Assembly (NCBI GenBank): GCA_016783545.1
Contig: JADHWJ010000002.1
Location: forward strand, 1,617-65,616
DNA length: 64,000 bases
Direction of reading: 5' to 3'
Source of the DNA: Candidatus Aenigmatarchaeota archaeon
GTDB lineage: Archaea > Aenigmatarchaeota > Aenigmatarchaeia > QMZP01
The notes beneath the pieces were generated by a model, which saw only the letters and a program-made list of their open reading frames with translations, ran no database searches and had not been told where the DNA came from. The translations under genes were made by a program, and so were the position numbers. The first letter of the stretch is position 1; every line of letters starts with the position of its first letter. This document shows, one piece after another, positions 36,937-45,704 of the stretch.

Positions 36937-37935
36937 ATGCACGTATCTTATATCAAAAAAGAGAAAAAAGCAAGGCTCAAGGTGGAAACACCAGAAGATC
37001 TCTGGCATCTTTCAAAAGTCCTTGAGAAAGGAGATCTTATTACTGCTAAGACTCTGAGGAAGAAGACAATTAGAAGGGGAAAGGAGATAGTTGAAGGAAA
37101 AAGAGAGGCAATGACCCTGCAGATAGAGCTTGAAAAAACAGAGTATAGAAAAGAAACACATTCATTAAAGCTTCTTGGAAAGATCACTTTAGGGCCTGAA
37201 GATGTAAAATTAGGTTCCCATCATTCCATATACGTAGAACCTGGCTTATTGCTCATAGTACAAAAGGACTGGAAGAATTACCAGTTGGATAAACTAAGGA
37301 AAGCCGGTGTAAAGAAAACCCTGGTTTTTGTATGTACAATAGACAGGGATGGCGCTGATTTTGCCATATTGAAAGACAATGGTATAGAGTTCCATGGAAA
37401 GAAAAGCTTCAAAAAAAGATCCAGAGAGGAAGAGAAAAGGGATGAGTTCTACAATGAAATAATTTCTATTATGAAAGACCAGAAAACAATAATAATTGCA
37501 GGACCTGGGTTTGAAAAGGAAAACCTTTACAAATACATAAAGGAAAAAGAGCCAGAGCTTGCAAAAAGATGCTTTACTGAAAATGCTTCTGAAAGGGGGA
37601 GATCTGGAATAAGAGAGGTTCTTAGAAAATCAGGCAACAAAATACTAAAAGAGAGCAGAATAGCTGAAGAGACAATACTTGTTGATAATTTCTTTAAGGA
37701 GCTGGAAAAAGAAGGCCTTATTGTATATGGAAAAAAAGAAACAGAGAAGGCATTGGAAATGGGTGCTCTAAAGGAGCTTTTGGTCTCAGATGACAAAATA
37801 AATGAATTTGAGAATATTCTGAATAAAGCAGAGAAGATGCAGACAAAAATACACATAATTAGTGCAGAGCATGATACTGGCGAGCAATTCCTTGGTTTTG
37901 GAGGAATTGGCGGTTTTTTGAGATTTAAGCTCTAA
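36937..37935 (+). CDS. pelA: mRNA surveillance protein Pelota
   Basis: ETPEDLWHL, IIIAGPGFEK, GEQFLGFGGIGGFLRF. Confidence 0.93.
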   Translation: MHVSYIKKEKKARLKVETPEDLWHLSKVLEKGDLITAKTLRKKTIRRGKEIVEGKREAMTLQIELEKTEYRKETHSLKLLGKITLGPEDVKLGSHHSIYVEPGLLLIVQKDWKNYQLDKLRKAGVKKTLVFVCTIDRDGADFAILKDNGIEFHGKKSFKKRSREEEKRDEFYNEIISIMKDQKTIIIAGPGFEKENLYKYIKEKEPELAKRCFTENASERGRSGIREVLRKSGNKILKESRIAEETILVDNFFKELEKEGLIVYGKKETEKALEMGALKELLVSDDKINEFENILNKAEKMQTKIHIISAEHDTGEQFLGFGGIGGFLRFKL

Positions 37936-38156
37936 AATGTATTTTTAAATCAAAAAATAATGATAATATATCTGCCTCCTGAATTTTCAAAGATCCAATG
38001 GTTTTCTATAATAGATTTGAAACGTTCAAAGAGATATGCAAATCTTTGTTTGCATGTACTTTGAAAAAAATTTCAAAGAGAATAAGATCGTTTCAGCTCT
38101 ATTTCTCTATTTTTCCTGGTTTCTGATGACTTTTCACTGTCTTTGGAGGAAGAGCT

Positions 38157-38306
38157 ATGGACTTGGAGTTCTGGTTTTTCGTTATTCTTGCTATGAGTCT
38201 TATCCTCAACATCGTTCTGATTATCGTGGCTCTTGGGCAAAGGACCAGGATCACGAATCTAGAAGATGACTTGGATATCTCAGAATCACACGCAGATGAG
38301 CGGTAG
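38157..38306 (+). CDS. 49-aa single-pass membrane protein (not in ORF track)
   Basis: GGAGGA RBS; MDLEFWFFVILAMSLILNIVLIIV. Confidence 0.7.
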   Translation: MDLEFWFFVILAMSLILNIVLIIVALGQRTRITNLEDDLDISESHADER

Positions 38307-38332
38307 ATTTCCGCTACATCAGGAGGAGAATT

Positions 38333-38488
38333 ATGGATTGGACGATCTGTTTTCTGGTCGCGAGCGTTGGTCTGAACATCGTGTTGTTGGTTGTCGTTCG
38401 TCGCAAAAACAGGGAAAATCAGGCCCTTTTGGATGAACTGGGAAGCCTGAGAACTGATCGTAGATCAACATTCGAATTCAGGAGGTGA
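38333..38488 (+). CDS. 51-aa single-pass membrane protein, paralog of 38157-38306 (not in ORF track)
   Basis: AGGAGG RBS; MDWTICFLVASVGLNIVLLVVV. Confidence 0.7.
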   Translation: MDWTICFLVASVGLNIVLLVVVRRKNRENQALLDELGSLRTDRRSTFEFRR

Positions 38489-38491
38489 ATC

Positions 38492-38674
38492 GTGGATGAC
38501 CGTGAAAATCTCAAAGAACAGATCCGCTGGAAGAACGAGCGGATAGCGACGTTGGAGGAGCGCGTGAAGGCACTCCAGGAACGAACAGAGGAGCTGGAAA
38601 CCCAGAATGCCGCATTGGGCAGAGAACTTGGGCGGCTGAGAGAGGAAAGGAGTTTGAAAGCTCTTACGAGCTGA
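38492..38674 (+). CDS. Small coiled-coil protein
   Basis: AGGAGGT RBS, GTG start, heptad repeats. Confidence 0.65.
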   Translation: MDDRENLKEQIRWKNERIATLEERVKALQERTEELETQNAALGRELGRLREERSLKALTS

Positions 38675-38684
38675 GGAGACAAAT

Positions 38685-39008
38685 ATGCATGTGAAGAAGG
38701 CAGATGTAATCGCGTTGATTGTCGGGGCCTTTGTCATCGTTGTGGTCTTTATCATATGTAACTGGGCGAATAGCTTGTTCTCGGTTTACAAGTGCAAACC
38801 CTGTATGGTGAAGGCTGTAAACGAGAGCAAGAGCAACTATAAGGAGAGAATCGGCGTTGAACTGACAGTTGTCTACGAGACCGGCGAGGAGAAGAGAGAG
38901 ACGCTCTACAAGCCGGATTGGTGGCTTCTGGACAAGAATATCCTGAAGCCGGGTGTGAAGCTTCCGCTGAAGAAGCCGAAAGCTTTCATACCGGCAAGGA
39001 CACGATAG
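38685..39008 (+). CDS. Orphan membrane-anchored protein
   Basis: GAGGAG RBS; TM VIALIVGAFVIVVVFIIC. Confidence 0.7.
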   Translation: MHVKKADVIALIVGAFVIVVVFIICNWANSLFSVYKCKPCMVKAVNESKSNYKERIGVELTVVYETGEEKRETLYKPDWWLLDKNILKPGVKLPLKKPKAFIPARTR

Positions 39009-39016
39009 GAGAGAAC

Positions 39017-39475
39017 ATGAAAAAAGTGCGCGGATTTACCCTAATTGAGTTGTTGTTCTGTGTTGCGATCCTTGCGATCTTGGTTGCTGTATTCCTACCG
39101 ATGTTCGTCAAATCAGCCAACAAAAAGCTCACAGAGAGGGCACAGGAGTTCGCAAAAAACCCGCCCATCGAGGACAATCTCCTGTTCTCCAACAAAGACG
39201 GTCGGGTGGAGATGTATACCGGTAACCTCGACATGCTGGGAATCAGCTTCAGCAGGACCAAGACAGGATATGATGCCATGATCTGTGGTAGGATGAGTGA
39301 GAGGATGAAAGACATTGTCCTCATAGTCTGGAAGACAACTGGCGAGGTCATTCTTTACCCAGACAGGAAGAAGCTGGGAGACAATGTCTATCTCTGGAAA
39401 GTTGTCTATCTTCCGAAGGTCAATATTGAGAAGATTGACGTTCCGAATGACAGCCGTTCACCTACGAAGGGGTGA
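39017..39475 (+). CDS. Bacterial-type prepilin N-terminal cleavage/methylation domain protein
   Basis: MKKVRG-FTLIELLFCVAILAILVAVFLP with Glu at +5. Confidence 0.85.
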   Translation: MKKVRGFTLIELLFCVAILAILVAVFLPMFVKSANKKLTERAQEFAKNPPIEDNLLFSNKDGRVEMYTGNLDMLGISFSRTKTGYDAMICGRMSERMKDIVLIVWKTTGEVILYPDRKKLGDNVYLWKVVYLPKVNIEKIDVPNDSRSPTKG

Positions 39476-39517
39476 ACCATGGGGATATGTGTTGGATGAC
39501 ACTAATTCCCCATTACT

Positions 39518-39569
39518 ATGTCTTATTAACGGGATATATATAAAAATAGTTATCCCTTTTAAATGACAA
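39518..39569. repeat. Two conserved sites head-to-head (39518-39534 +, 39553-39569 -)
   Basis: ATGTCTTATTAACGGGA and TTGTCATTTAAAAGGGA separated by 18 AT-rich bp. Confidence 0.85.
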
Positions 39570-41101
39570 TGTAAGTAAGTCCAGGAGGATAGGGCGGGCT
39601 ACCACTGGACTTGTTTGCTACCTTTGAATCTTCCTCCGGGCGCGTCTGGCAATCGCCTGGAGGATGATCAACCTCAGGTTTGCCCTTCGTAGCGGGTCGA
39701 ACATACCAGTCCAACCAAAGGCTTCGATGAAGTGTTCAATGGCTTGGATTTCCCTTCGTAGGTCAAAGCCCACGGCGTTCGAGACCTGTGCCTCAACCTT
39801 TTCTTCAGGGAATTTGACCCCGTTAACGGACTTGACTAGTTCTTCCGCTAAGCTTGCCTGTAGGTATTCGGTAGTTTTGGCAATCAGCCTTGCGCGCCAG
39901 TTCTCTTCCATCAGTCCTAGGGTCTGTCGGAGGTACTCATCGTACCCACACCGTGCCAGGGTGGTTCCCAGCTCGAGTAGGGCGTACTGCTTTTGCTGTC
40001 CCCTCAGTTCAGCCACAGCATCGCTGAGGGTCTGATGATTAAAATTTTCACTAGAATTCATACTTCGGAGGATGATCCGGCCCTGGACCTTACCGACAGT
40101 GGTTTGGAGGTGTTTCTGGAGACTCTCCACCGGTTTAGTGTCCTCCCCAACGAGTTCGTACATGAGTTGGACTATTCCCTGGTCCAGGACAACCAAGGAG
40201 TCGGTGTAGTCACTAGATCCATGGGTATAGGCCAGGCCAGAGAATTGGGTCAGTAGCCCATGGGCCATCTTCGCTATCCTGCCCAGTTGGATTATGACAT
40301 GGACCATCTCGATGAAGCTTTTCCGTTGGACTCTCCGGTCCCCGATTTTGAAGAGCTTCACCGTGTTCTCGTAGAGCTGTCTATTATCATGTGAGTAGAG
40401 CAATGTGAGAACCTCTACTTTGATCGCAGCGACCCTAGATATTGCCAGATCATTCTGGGGTTGCAGGTCTTTGAACATATCGATGATCGGAACGCAGTCA
40501 TTACCCATCTCGCTTATCCCAAGGACTAACCATTTCAGAGCTTCGGCCTTGGAGACTGGGTCATTGATAGCAATTTGCCTTCCAGAAACAATCAGATTAG
40601 GCCAGGCAAACTGCCAGACATCCGAACAGGCCTTGCAGACACCTGCTAGGATATTGTCAGCGCTCTTGACATCTGGCCTATCTTCAGGCAAAGATGCCAG
40701 GTCAATTCTGATCATCTCGACAAGTCGTCGGAAAAGACTCTGCATGTCGAAGGTTGACTCATACTTATCCACGATCCACTGTGCCTGACCTCTGGAGATG
40801 TTTCCATTAGACATCAGATGGGTAATCTCAGCCACCTGTTTCATCGTCGCCGGCTTGCTTTCCAGCAAGTTCTTAGGTTTCATCTTTTTCTCCTTTGACA
40901 AATACCTATTAACCAAGCGCACCCCGCCGCACGGTTGGAATAGAGGTATTTGCCCAAAGACACCTCCCAGATGAAAAAGAGGCGCCTGGCCAAAAGAAAC
41001 GACGATCCGGACCACCCGGATTTTAGTTGTTTTCTTTCCAAAAGACAGCAGAAACCAGATGAGAAAGAGTCCTTTATTTAGAAGGTTCCGCAGGTTCTCT
41101 A
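39553..41101 (-). mobile_element. GC-rich island 9 (one orphan helical gene)
   Basis: Gene, hairpin 39577-39612, site; TAGAGAAC near the 5' edge. Confidence 0.5.
39618..40883 (-). CDS. Orphan alpha-helical protein (421 aa)
   Basis: AAAGGAG RBS before MKPKNLLESKPATMKQ; long open frame. Confidence 0.75.
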   Translation of the reverse strand: MKPKNLLESKPATMKQVAEITHLMSNGNISRGQAQWIVDKYESTFDMQSLFRRLVEMIRIDLASLPEDRPDVKSADNILAGVCKACSDVWQFAWPNLIVSGRQIAINDPVSKAEALKWLVLGISEMGNDCVPIIDMFKDLQPQNDLAISRVAAIKVEVLTLLYSHDNRQLYENTVKLFKIGDRRVQRKSFIEMVHVIIQLGRIAKMAHGLLTQFSGLAYTHGSSDYTDSLVVLDQGIVQLMYELVGEDTKPVESLQKHLQTTVGKVQGRIILRSMNSSENFNHQTLSDAVAELRGQQKQYALLELGTTLARCGYDEYLRQTLGLMEENWRARLIAKTTEYLQASLAEELVKSVNGVKFPEEKVEAQVSNAVGFDLRREIQAIEHFIEAFGWTGMFDPLRRANLRLIILQAIARRARRKIQR

Positions 41102-41330
41102 GGAAATAAATAATGTGTGAAAATCAAAATCACCCTTTAATGTGATTAGGATTGTTTATATCTTTCAATACATGGTTTTTAAGTGCGTTTATACTGTTAA
41201 ATTGACAAAACTTATTATCATTAATAACAAAATATAAAAGGTTATTATAATTGATTATATCCGAAGGACTTTGGGGTTGAGACTTTTGAGGCAAATAATT
41301 TTTAATGGAGGTAACCAATAAAAGGTTCAC

Positions 41331-41678
41331 ATGCGTGGGTTCTGGTATACTTTAGAGGCAGTACTTGCAGGCATACTTCTTATAGGCTTTCTTTTAGCTG
41401 TAAATACATTCTATCTCTCACCAAGAACCTCAGAGCCGCAGCCCTATCTTATTCTCAAAGGCCTTGATGAGCAGGGTATTTTGAGAGCATATGCTGTTGC
41501 AGATGATTATTCAGGGTTGAATTCCCAGATAGATACCGCATATAATCATTCTGTAGAAATATGCAGCACTGGTTGTGTTGGAGAAAAGTCTGAAGCAGAT
41601 AATGTTTTTGTTGGAAGGTATTTTGTTTCAGGTGAAAATAGTTATGATCCTAAAGAAGTGAGGTTGTATCTATGGTAA
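41331..41678 (+). CDS. Archaeal pilin-like protein (class III signal peptide)
   Basis: MRG-FWYTLEAVLAGILL. Confidence 0.7.
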   Translation: MRGFWYTLEAVLAGILLIGFLLAVNTFYLSPRTSEPQPYLILKGLDEQGILRAYAVADDYSGLNSQIDTAYNHSVEICSTGCVGEKSEADNVFVGRYFVSGENSYDPKEVRLYLW

Positions 41679-42190
41679 GGAAAGCTCAGTTTTTTATATT
41701 GGGTGCAGTGATACTGCTTGCGCTAATGCTTTCCTCAATGAGTTTTTACAGACCAATTGCATCTGAAACAGAAAATGTTGAATACATGGCTGAAAATATT
41801 GCGAATGAGCATGCAAATGCATTAAATCTTATACTAAAGTCCGGAACCCCATCAGAGCTTGCCACATTCACCAATTTTCTTAAAGAAAAGACTGATTTCA
41901 AAGCTGTTTGGCTTGTTTCAGAGAAGCAGGGATCCAGTTTATCAATAACAGCCGGGAACTTCCTTGGAGAAGACAAGGAAATAATAGTGGAAGTCGGCGG
42001 GAATTCGGAAACCCTTTCAGTGCCTGATTCAACAGCAGTTTCCAAAACCTTTTCGGTGAGCTCAGCAGTGAAAATAAAATGGGATAGTGAAGAAAGGACG
42101 TTTGACTGGGTTTCAGATAAAACCAACATGTTTGTGCAGATAAATATGGAAAGAGGGGAAAATCTGGTGAAAAAAGAAATCAATGTTTAA
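41672..42190 (+). CDS. Archaeal pilin-like protein (class III signal peptide)
   Basis: RKA-QFFILGAVILL. Confidence 0.7.
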   Translation: MVRKAQFFILGAVILLALMLSSMSFYRPIASETENVEYMAENIANEHANALNLILKSGTPSELATFTNFLKEKTDFKAVWLVSEKQGSSLSITAGNFLGEDKEIIVEVGGNSETLSVPDSTAVSKTFSVSSAVKIKWDSEERTFDWVSDKTNMFVQINMERGENLVKKEINV

Positions 42191-42573
42191 CTTTTTTCTT
42201 CTTTTTCTTTAACAACTTTCACAATAACTTTATCTTTCTGTTTCTTTTTCCATGCCCTGGAGAACGGTGAAAGTATAATCCTTAATATCTTATACGATGT
42301 GTTCATGGCTGAGAATACAAAGAAGAATACAACACCAGCTAAAGCAAACCAGAGGATTGAAGTTATTGTAAGTGGTATTCCAAATCCTATGTAGTTTAGT
42401 CCAAGTGGGAGAAAAGCAAACGCAATTCCTGTGAATATGGCCTTTGTGACATATTGGAATGTCTTGTATGCAAGAAACACAAAAGCAACTAATATGACAC
42501 CAGCAATGATAGGATTAAGCTGAAACAATTGTGCAATAAGACCTGTTATCTCTCCCAACATAATAACACTCAC
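42187..42573 (-). CDS. Membrane protein
   Basis: Three hydrophobic segments and a Lys-rich tail. Confidence 0.7.
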   Translation of the reverse strand: MSVIMLGEITGLIAQLFQLNPIIAGVILVAFVFLAYKTFQYVTKAIFTGIAFAFLPLGLNYIGFGIPLTITSILWFALAGVVFFFVFSAMNTSYKILRIILSPFSRAWKKKQKDKVIVKVVKEKEEKS

Positions 42574-42639
42574 TTTAGTTAAATATTTGGCTTCTGAATA
42601 ATAAAGCCTTTTATTTACTAAAAACTAATATTAGTATAG

Positions 42640-43077
42640 ATGTTTATGGCTAGACGAAAAACTAAAAAAATAGTTAGGGCTAAGAGGACAGTTAAATCCA
42701 GGGCAAGGAAGACTCGTTCTAAGATCAGGAGAGCAAAAAGACCAAAACCAAACCTAAAGAAACCGACCATAAGAAGAGCAAAAATAAAGGTTTCAAGAAA
42801 ATTGGCAAACAGAGCAGCAAAATCAAAGGAAAAACATTATGTAGGAAAGATAAGCCATTATTTCACAAGGATTGGTGTAGGTGTGGTGGAAGTTGAAAAA
42901 CCAGTCAGGAAAGGTGAATGGCTAAAGATAGAAGGGTTTACAACAAACATGAGACAGAAAGCGAATTCCATACAGCATAACAGGAGAGACATAAAACTTG
43001 CCAACAGAGGAAAATCAATTGGCCTGAAAGTAAATGACCGTGTAAGAGAAAATGATAAAGTATACGTGTTCAGGTAA
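42640..43077 (+). CDS. EF-Tu domain II-like / peptidase U32 C-terminal beta-barrel protein with basic N-terminal tail
   Basis: VGKISHYFTRIGVGVV..SIGLKVNDRVRENDKVY. Confidence 0.75.
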   Translation: MFMARRKTKKIVRAKRTVKSRARKTRSKIRRAKRPKPNLKKPTIRRAKIKVSRKLANRAAKSKEKHYVGKISHYFTRIGVGVVEVEKPVRKGEWLKIEGFTTNMRQKANSIQHNRRDIKLANRGKSIGLKVNDRVRENDKVYVFR

Positions 43078-43120
43078 ATAACATCTTACTGATAATCTGG
43101 ACACCCTTTCTTTATTTATA

Positions 43121-43792
43121 TTAATATAAAGTTATGGTATATCTTTTAACAAATCCAAGATTCTCTTCTGAAACACCCACAGAATGACCGCCTTCTATTC
43201 TTTCAGCTTCCATTTCAAGCTGCGCTTTCAGTCTTTCTACAGAATCTGCACAGTCTGTTTTCACTAACTTTGTTCCACCACCAGCCTTCTTTCTGAATCC
43301 ATCTGATTTCACAACAACGTCCTCAATTCTCTTTGTTTCATTGAAAATAAGCCTGAAAGCATAACCTATTACATCAGGGTCCAGACCGAGCCTCTCTTCA
43401 TTTGCCTGTGCTATTCTTTTAGTTATTTTTGCCCTTTCTATTTCAGGGACATGAATAGGCAGGCCTCTTGGATACTTGTATCTTGCAATAGCCACACCCA
43501 CTTTTGATGTCCTCTCCAATAATTTTTTTAGCAGTTCCTTGTCAACGTCATGGACATTGACATGGGGATAATTATCACCAGCGTCCCAGCAAAGAGCACT
43601 TACTAATTTAGGATAGAAACCCTGCGCATATGCTGACATACATGAATCCTTTCTGGAGAATTTACCTGTTCTGTAAACTTCTGGATTGGCTGGGTATTTT
43701 GCACGAGTGGCAAACATTCTTAATATCTCAGTATCATAAGCTTCTGCCAGATCCCTTATTTCCTCTATAGGGTCTATTTCTTTTGGGTTCAT
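43121..43792 (-). CDS. Chorismate mutase-like (duplicated AroQ fold) protein
   Basis: IEEIRDLAEAYDTEILRMFATRAKY and VDKELLKKLLER..IARYK..GLPIHVPEIE..LGLDPD. Confidence 0.6.
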   Translation of the reverse strand: MNPKEIDPIEEIRDLAEAYDTEILRMFATRAKYPANPEVYRTGKFSRKDSCMSAYAQGFYPKLVSALCWDAGDNYPHVNVHDVDKELLKKLLERTSKVGVAIARYKYPRGLPIHVPEIERAKITKRIAQANEERLGLDPDVIGYAFRLIFNETKRIEDVVVKSDGFRKKAGGGTKLVKTDCADSVERLKAQLEMEAERIEGGHSVGVSEENLGFVKRYTITLY

Positions 43793-43823
43793 AGAATAAA
43801 TTCATTAAAAGTTTTAAAAGCCT

Positions 43824-44813
43824 TTATTTCATCCAAACAACATCAACTTCGTCTGTTCTCTGTCTTGGATAAACTTCTGCCTTTTCTGGTTCCAGAGGCT
43901 TTTGTCCAAATTTGTAAGCCAAAAGTCCTGTCCAGGCAATATTCGCACCGCAGTCACCGCAATATTCTCTTGGGCATACAAAGAATTTGGCACCCCTTTC
44001 TTTGCACATTATTTCAAGCATTTCCTGTAGTCTCTTGTTTGCAGCAACACCACCTGTCAGCAAAACCTCACTTTTTCCTGTATGTGCTAGCGCCCTTTCA
44101 GTTACCTCAGTAAGCATGGCAAAACAGGTTTCCTGAAAAGAAAAGCAAATATCCTCTATTTTTTCTTTGTTCTTGAACTTTCTGGCACATTCGCTAAGGA
44201 TTCCAGAAAAGGAAAGATCCATTCCCTTGACAGTATATGGAAGTTCTGTCCAGCTACCTTTTTTCGCAAGCTCTTCTATCTTAGGGCCTGCTGGAAAGCC
44301 TATGCCAAGCTCTCTTCCAAGCTTGTCCATTGCATTGCCTATTCCAATATCATTCGTTTCTCCAAATTGCCTATATTTGCCTTCTGCAAAACCTAATATT
44401 TGGGTATTGGCACCGCTTGTAAATGTCACTATTGGGTCATTTGATTTTGTAAAAAGTTTACCTATTTCTATATGCGCTATCAGATGATAGACACCGATTA
44501 ATGGTTTTTTGTATTTTTTCGCAAGCTCTTTTGCAAATTCCAGGCCAACATAAAGGCAGTGTGGAAGTCCAGGTGCCTGGCTAAAAGAGATTATATCAAC
44601 ATCCTTCATGGAAATATTTGCTTTTTCAAGTGCCTGTTTTAATAGTTCATCCTTTATTTCCTTATGGTGTTCAGCAGCTTCCATTGGTATTATACCCCAA
44701 CCCTGTTTCTTTGGTTTATACATATCTGTTTCATTACTGAGGACTTCGCCATTGTCAGTGACTATACCAATGCTGAAACTATGCGCTGTTGATTCAATTC
44801 CTAAGCATATCAT
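43824..44813 (-). CDS. kae1: t6A synthase Kae1/TsaD
   Basis: LGIESTAH, HLIAHIEIG, TSGANTQ, GETNDIGIGN, GGVAAN, CGDCGANI. Confidence 0.95.
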   Translation of the reverse strand: MICLGIESTAHSFSIGIVTDNGEVLSNETDMYKPKKQGWGIIPMEAAEHHKEIKDELLKQALEKANISMKDVDIISFSQAPGLPHCLYVGLEFAKELAKKYKKPLIGVYHLIAHIEIGKLFTKSNDPIVTFTSGANTQILGFAEGKYRQFGETNDIGIGNAMDKLGRELGIGFPAGPKIEELAKKGSWTELPYTVKGMDLSFSGILSECARKFKNKEKIEDICFSFQETCFAMLTEVTERALAHTGKSEVLLTGGVAANKRLQEMLEIMCKERGAKFFVCPREYCGDCGANIAWTGLLAYKFGQKPLEPEKAEVYPRQRTDEVDVVWMK

Positions 44814-44846
44814 ACTAACAGTTTAGCATAATCCTTAAAAAGCTTA

Positions 44847-45311
44847 TTGTTTAAAATCCAGAGTATGAGAAAAGAAAAAATGGGCAAATATACAATAGCG
44901 CTCTTTGTGGACAGTGAAAACTGCATAAGACAAGACACTGGCGTGACATTTGATGAGATAATGGCTGTTGCAGGGGAATATGGAGATGTTGCTATGGCAA
45001 GGGCATATGTGAATACTTCTTTTGAGCAGTATACGGGTTTCTTAAAAGCCATTCTATTATCTGGTTTTGAGCGGGTTGATAATTCTGGAAATGTTGACAC
45101 AAAACTTGCTGTTGATGTTGGGGTACTTGTTGCAGAAAGGGATGATATAGATATGGTTGCACTGGCAGCTGCAGATAGGGATTATTTGCCCATAATCTAT
45201 GCATCAAGAGAACACAAAAAAGATAGCTTGATTTTGCTTCCAAGGTCGTGTGAGGTATTGGAAAGGGCTGCTACTTATTCAAGACGGTTAGGGAATTTTG
45301 GGAAAAAATAA
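44847..45311 (+). CDS. NYN (LabA/DUF88) domain protein
   Basis: ALFVDSEN, VDTKLAVD, AAADRDYLP. Confidence 0.8.
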   Translation: MFKIQSMRKEKMGKYTIALFVDSENCIRQDTGVTFDEIMAVAGEYGDVAMARAYVNTSFEQYTGFLKAILLSGFERVDNSGNVDTKLAVDVGVLVAERDDIDMVALAAADRDYLPIIYASREHKKDSLILLPRSCEVLERAATYSRRLGNFGKK

Positions 45312-45381
45312 CTTTTATAAACTTTATGTACAAATATCTATTATGGTAAGCATAATCATTATTATACGATGATTTTGGTAT

Positions 45382-45672
45382 TTGCTTACTTCTAACTATT
45401 TCTGGTGTTTTATGATTAGTTCTGGGGTATTAGATGAAAGAAGATTGAATGAATACTGGCCTTTAGAGCTAGATGATTCTAAATACATGCTTGAGCACAT
45501 GTATGATGATCTTGGCAGCATAGCGTTGGATCCAAATTATAATAGTCCTGCACAGAGACTTTTCAGTATGTCTCGAAGTGTACAAAATTCAGCTTTAAGA
45601 GAGAAATGTAGACGGACATTTCTGAAAGTCACAACAGAGGCTTATAGAAAGAGATTCTGGATGGAGGTATGA
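45382..45672 (+). CDS. Hypothetical protein
   Basis: 96-aa ORF between NYN and ileS; start uncertain (TTG). Confidence 0.4.
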   Translation: MLTSNYFWCFMISSGVLDERRLNEYWPLELDDSKYMLEHMYDDLGSIALDPNYNSPAQRLFSMSRSVQNSALREKCRRTFLKVTTEAYRKRFWMEV

Positions 45673-45704
45673 ATTTAAATCAGAGAAAAAGAAAATAAAT
45701 TACT

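Larger units (their letters stand above)
38075..39534 (+). mobile_element. GC-richer island 8 (five small orphan genes)
   Basis: Co-oriented genes with GGAGG RBS, hairpin 39479-39513, site; left edge approximate. Confidence 0.5.

Noticed and set aside
345-41101. GC-rich islands as assembly chimeras or contamination
   Set aside because: Nine independent junctions share the same oriented motif and leader, which misassembly would not produce; read mapping is still advisable.
345-41101. Diversity-generating retroelement
   Set aside because: No reverse transcriptase and no TR/VR pair differing only at adenines was seen.
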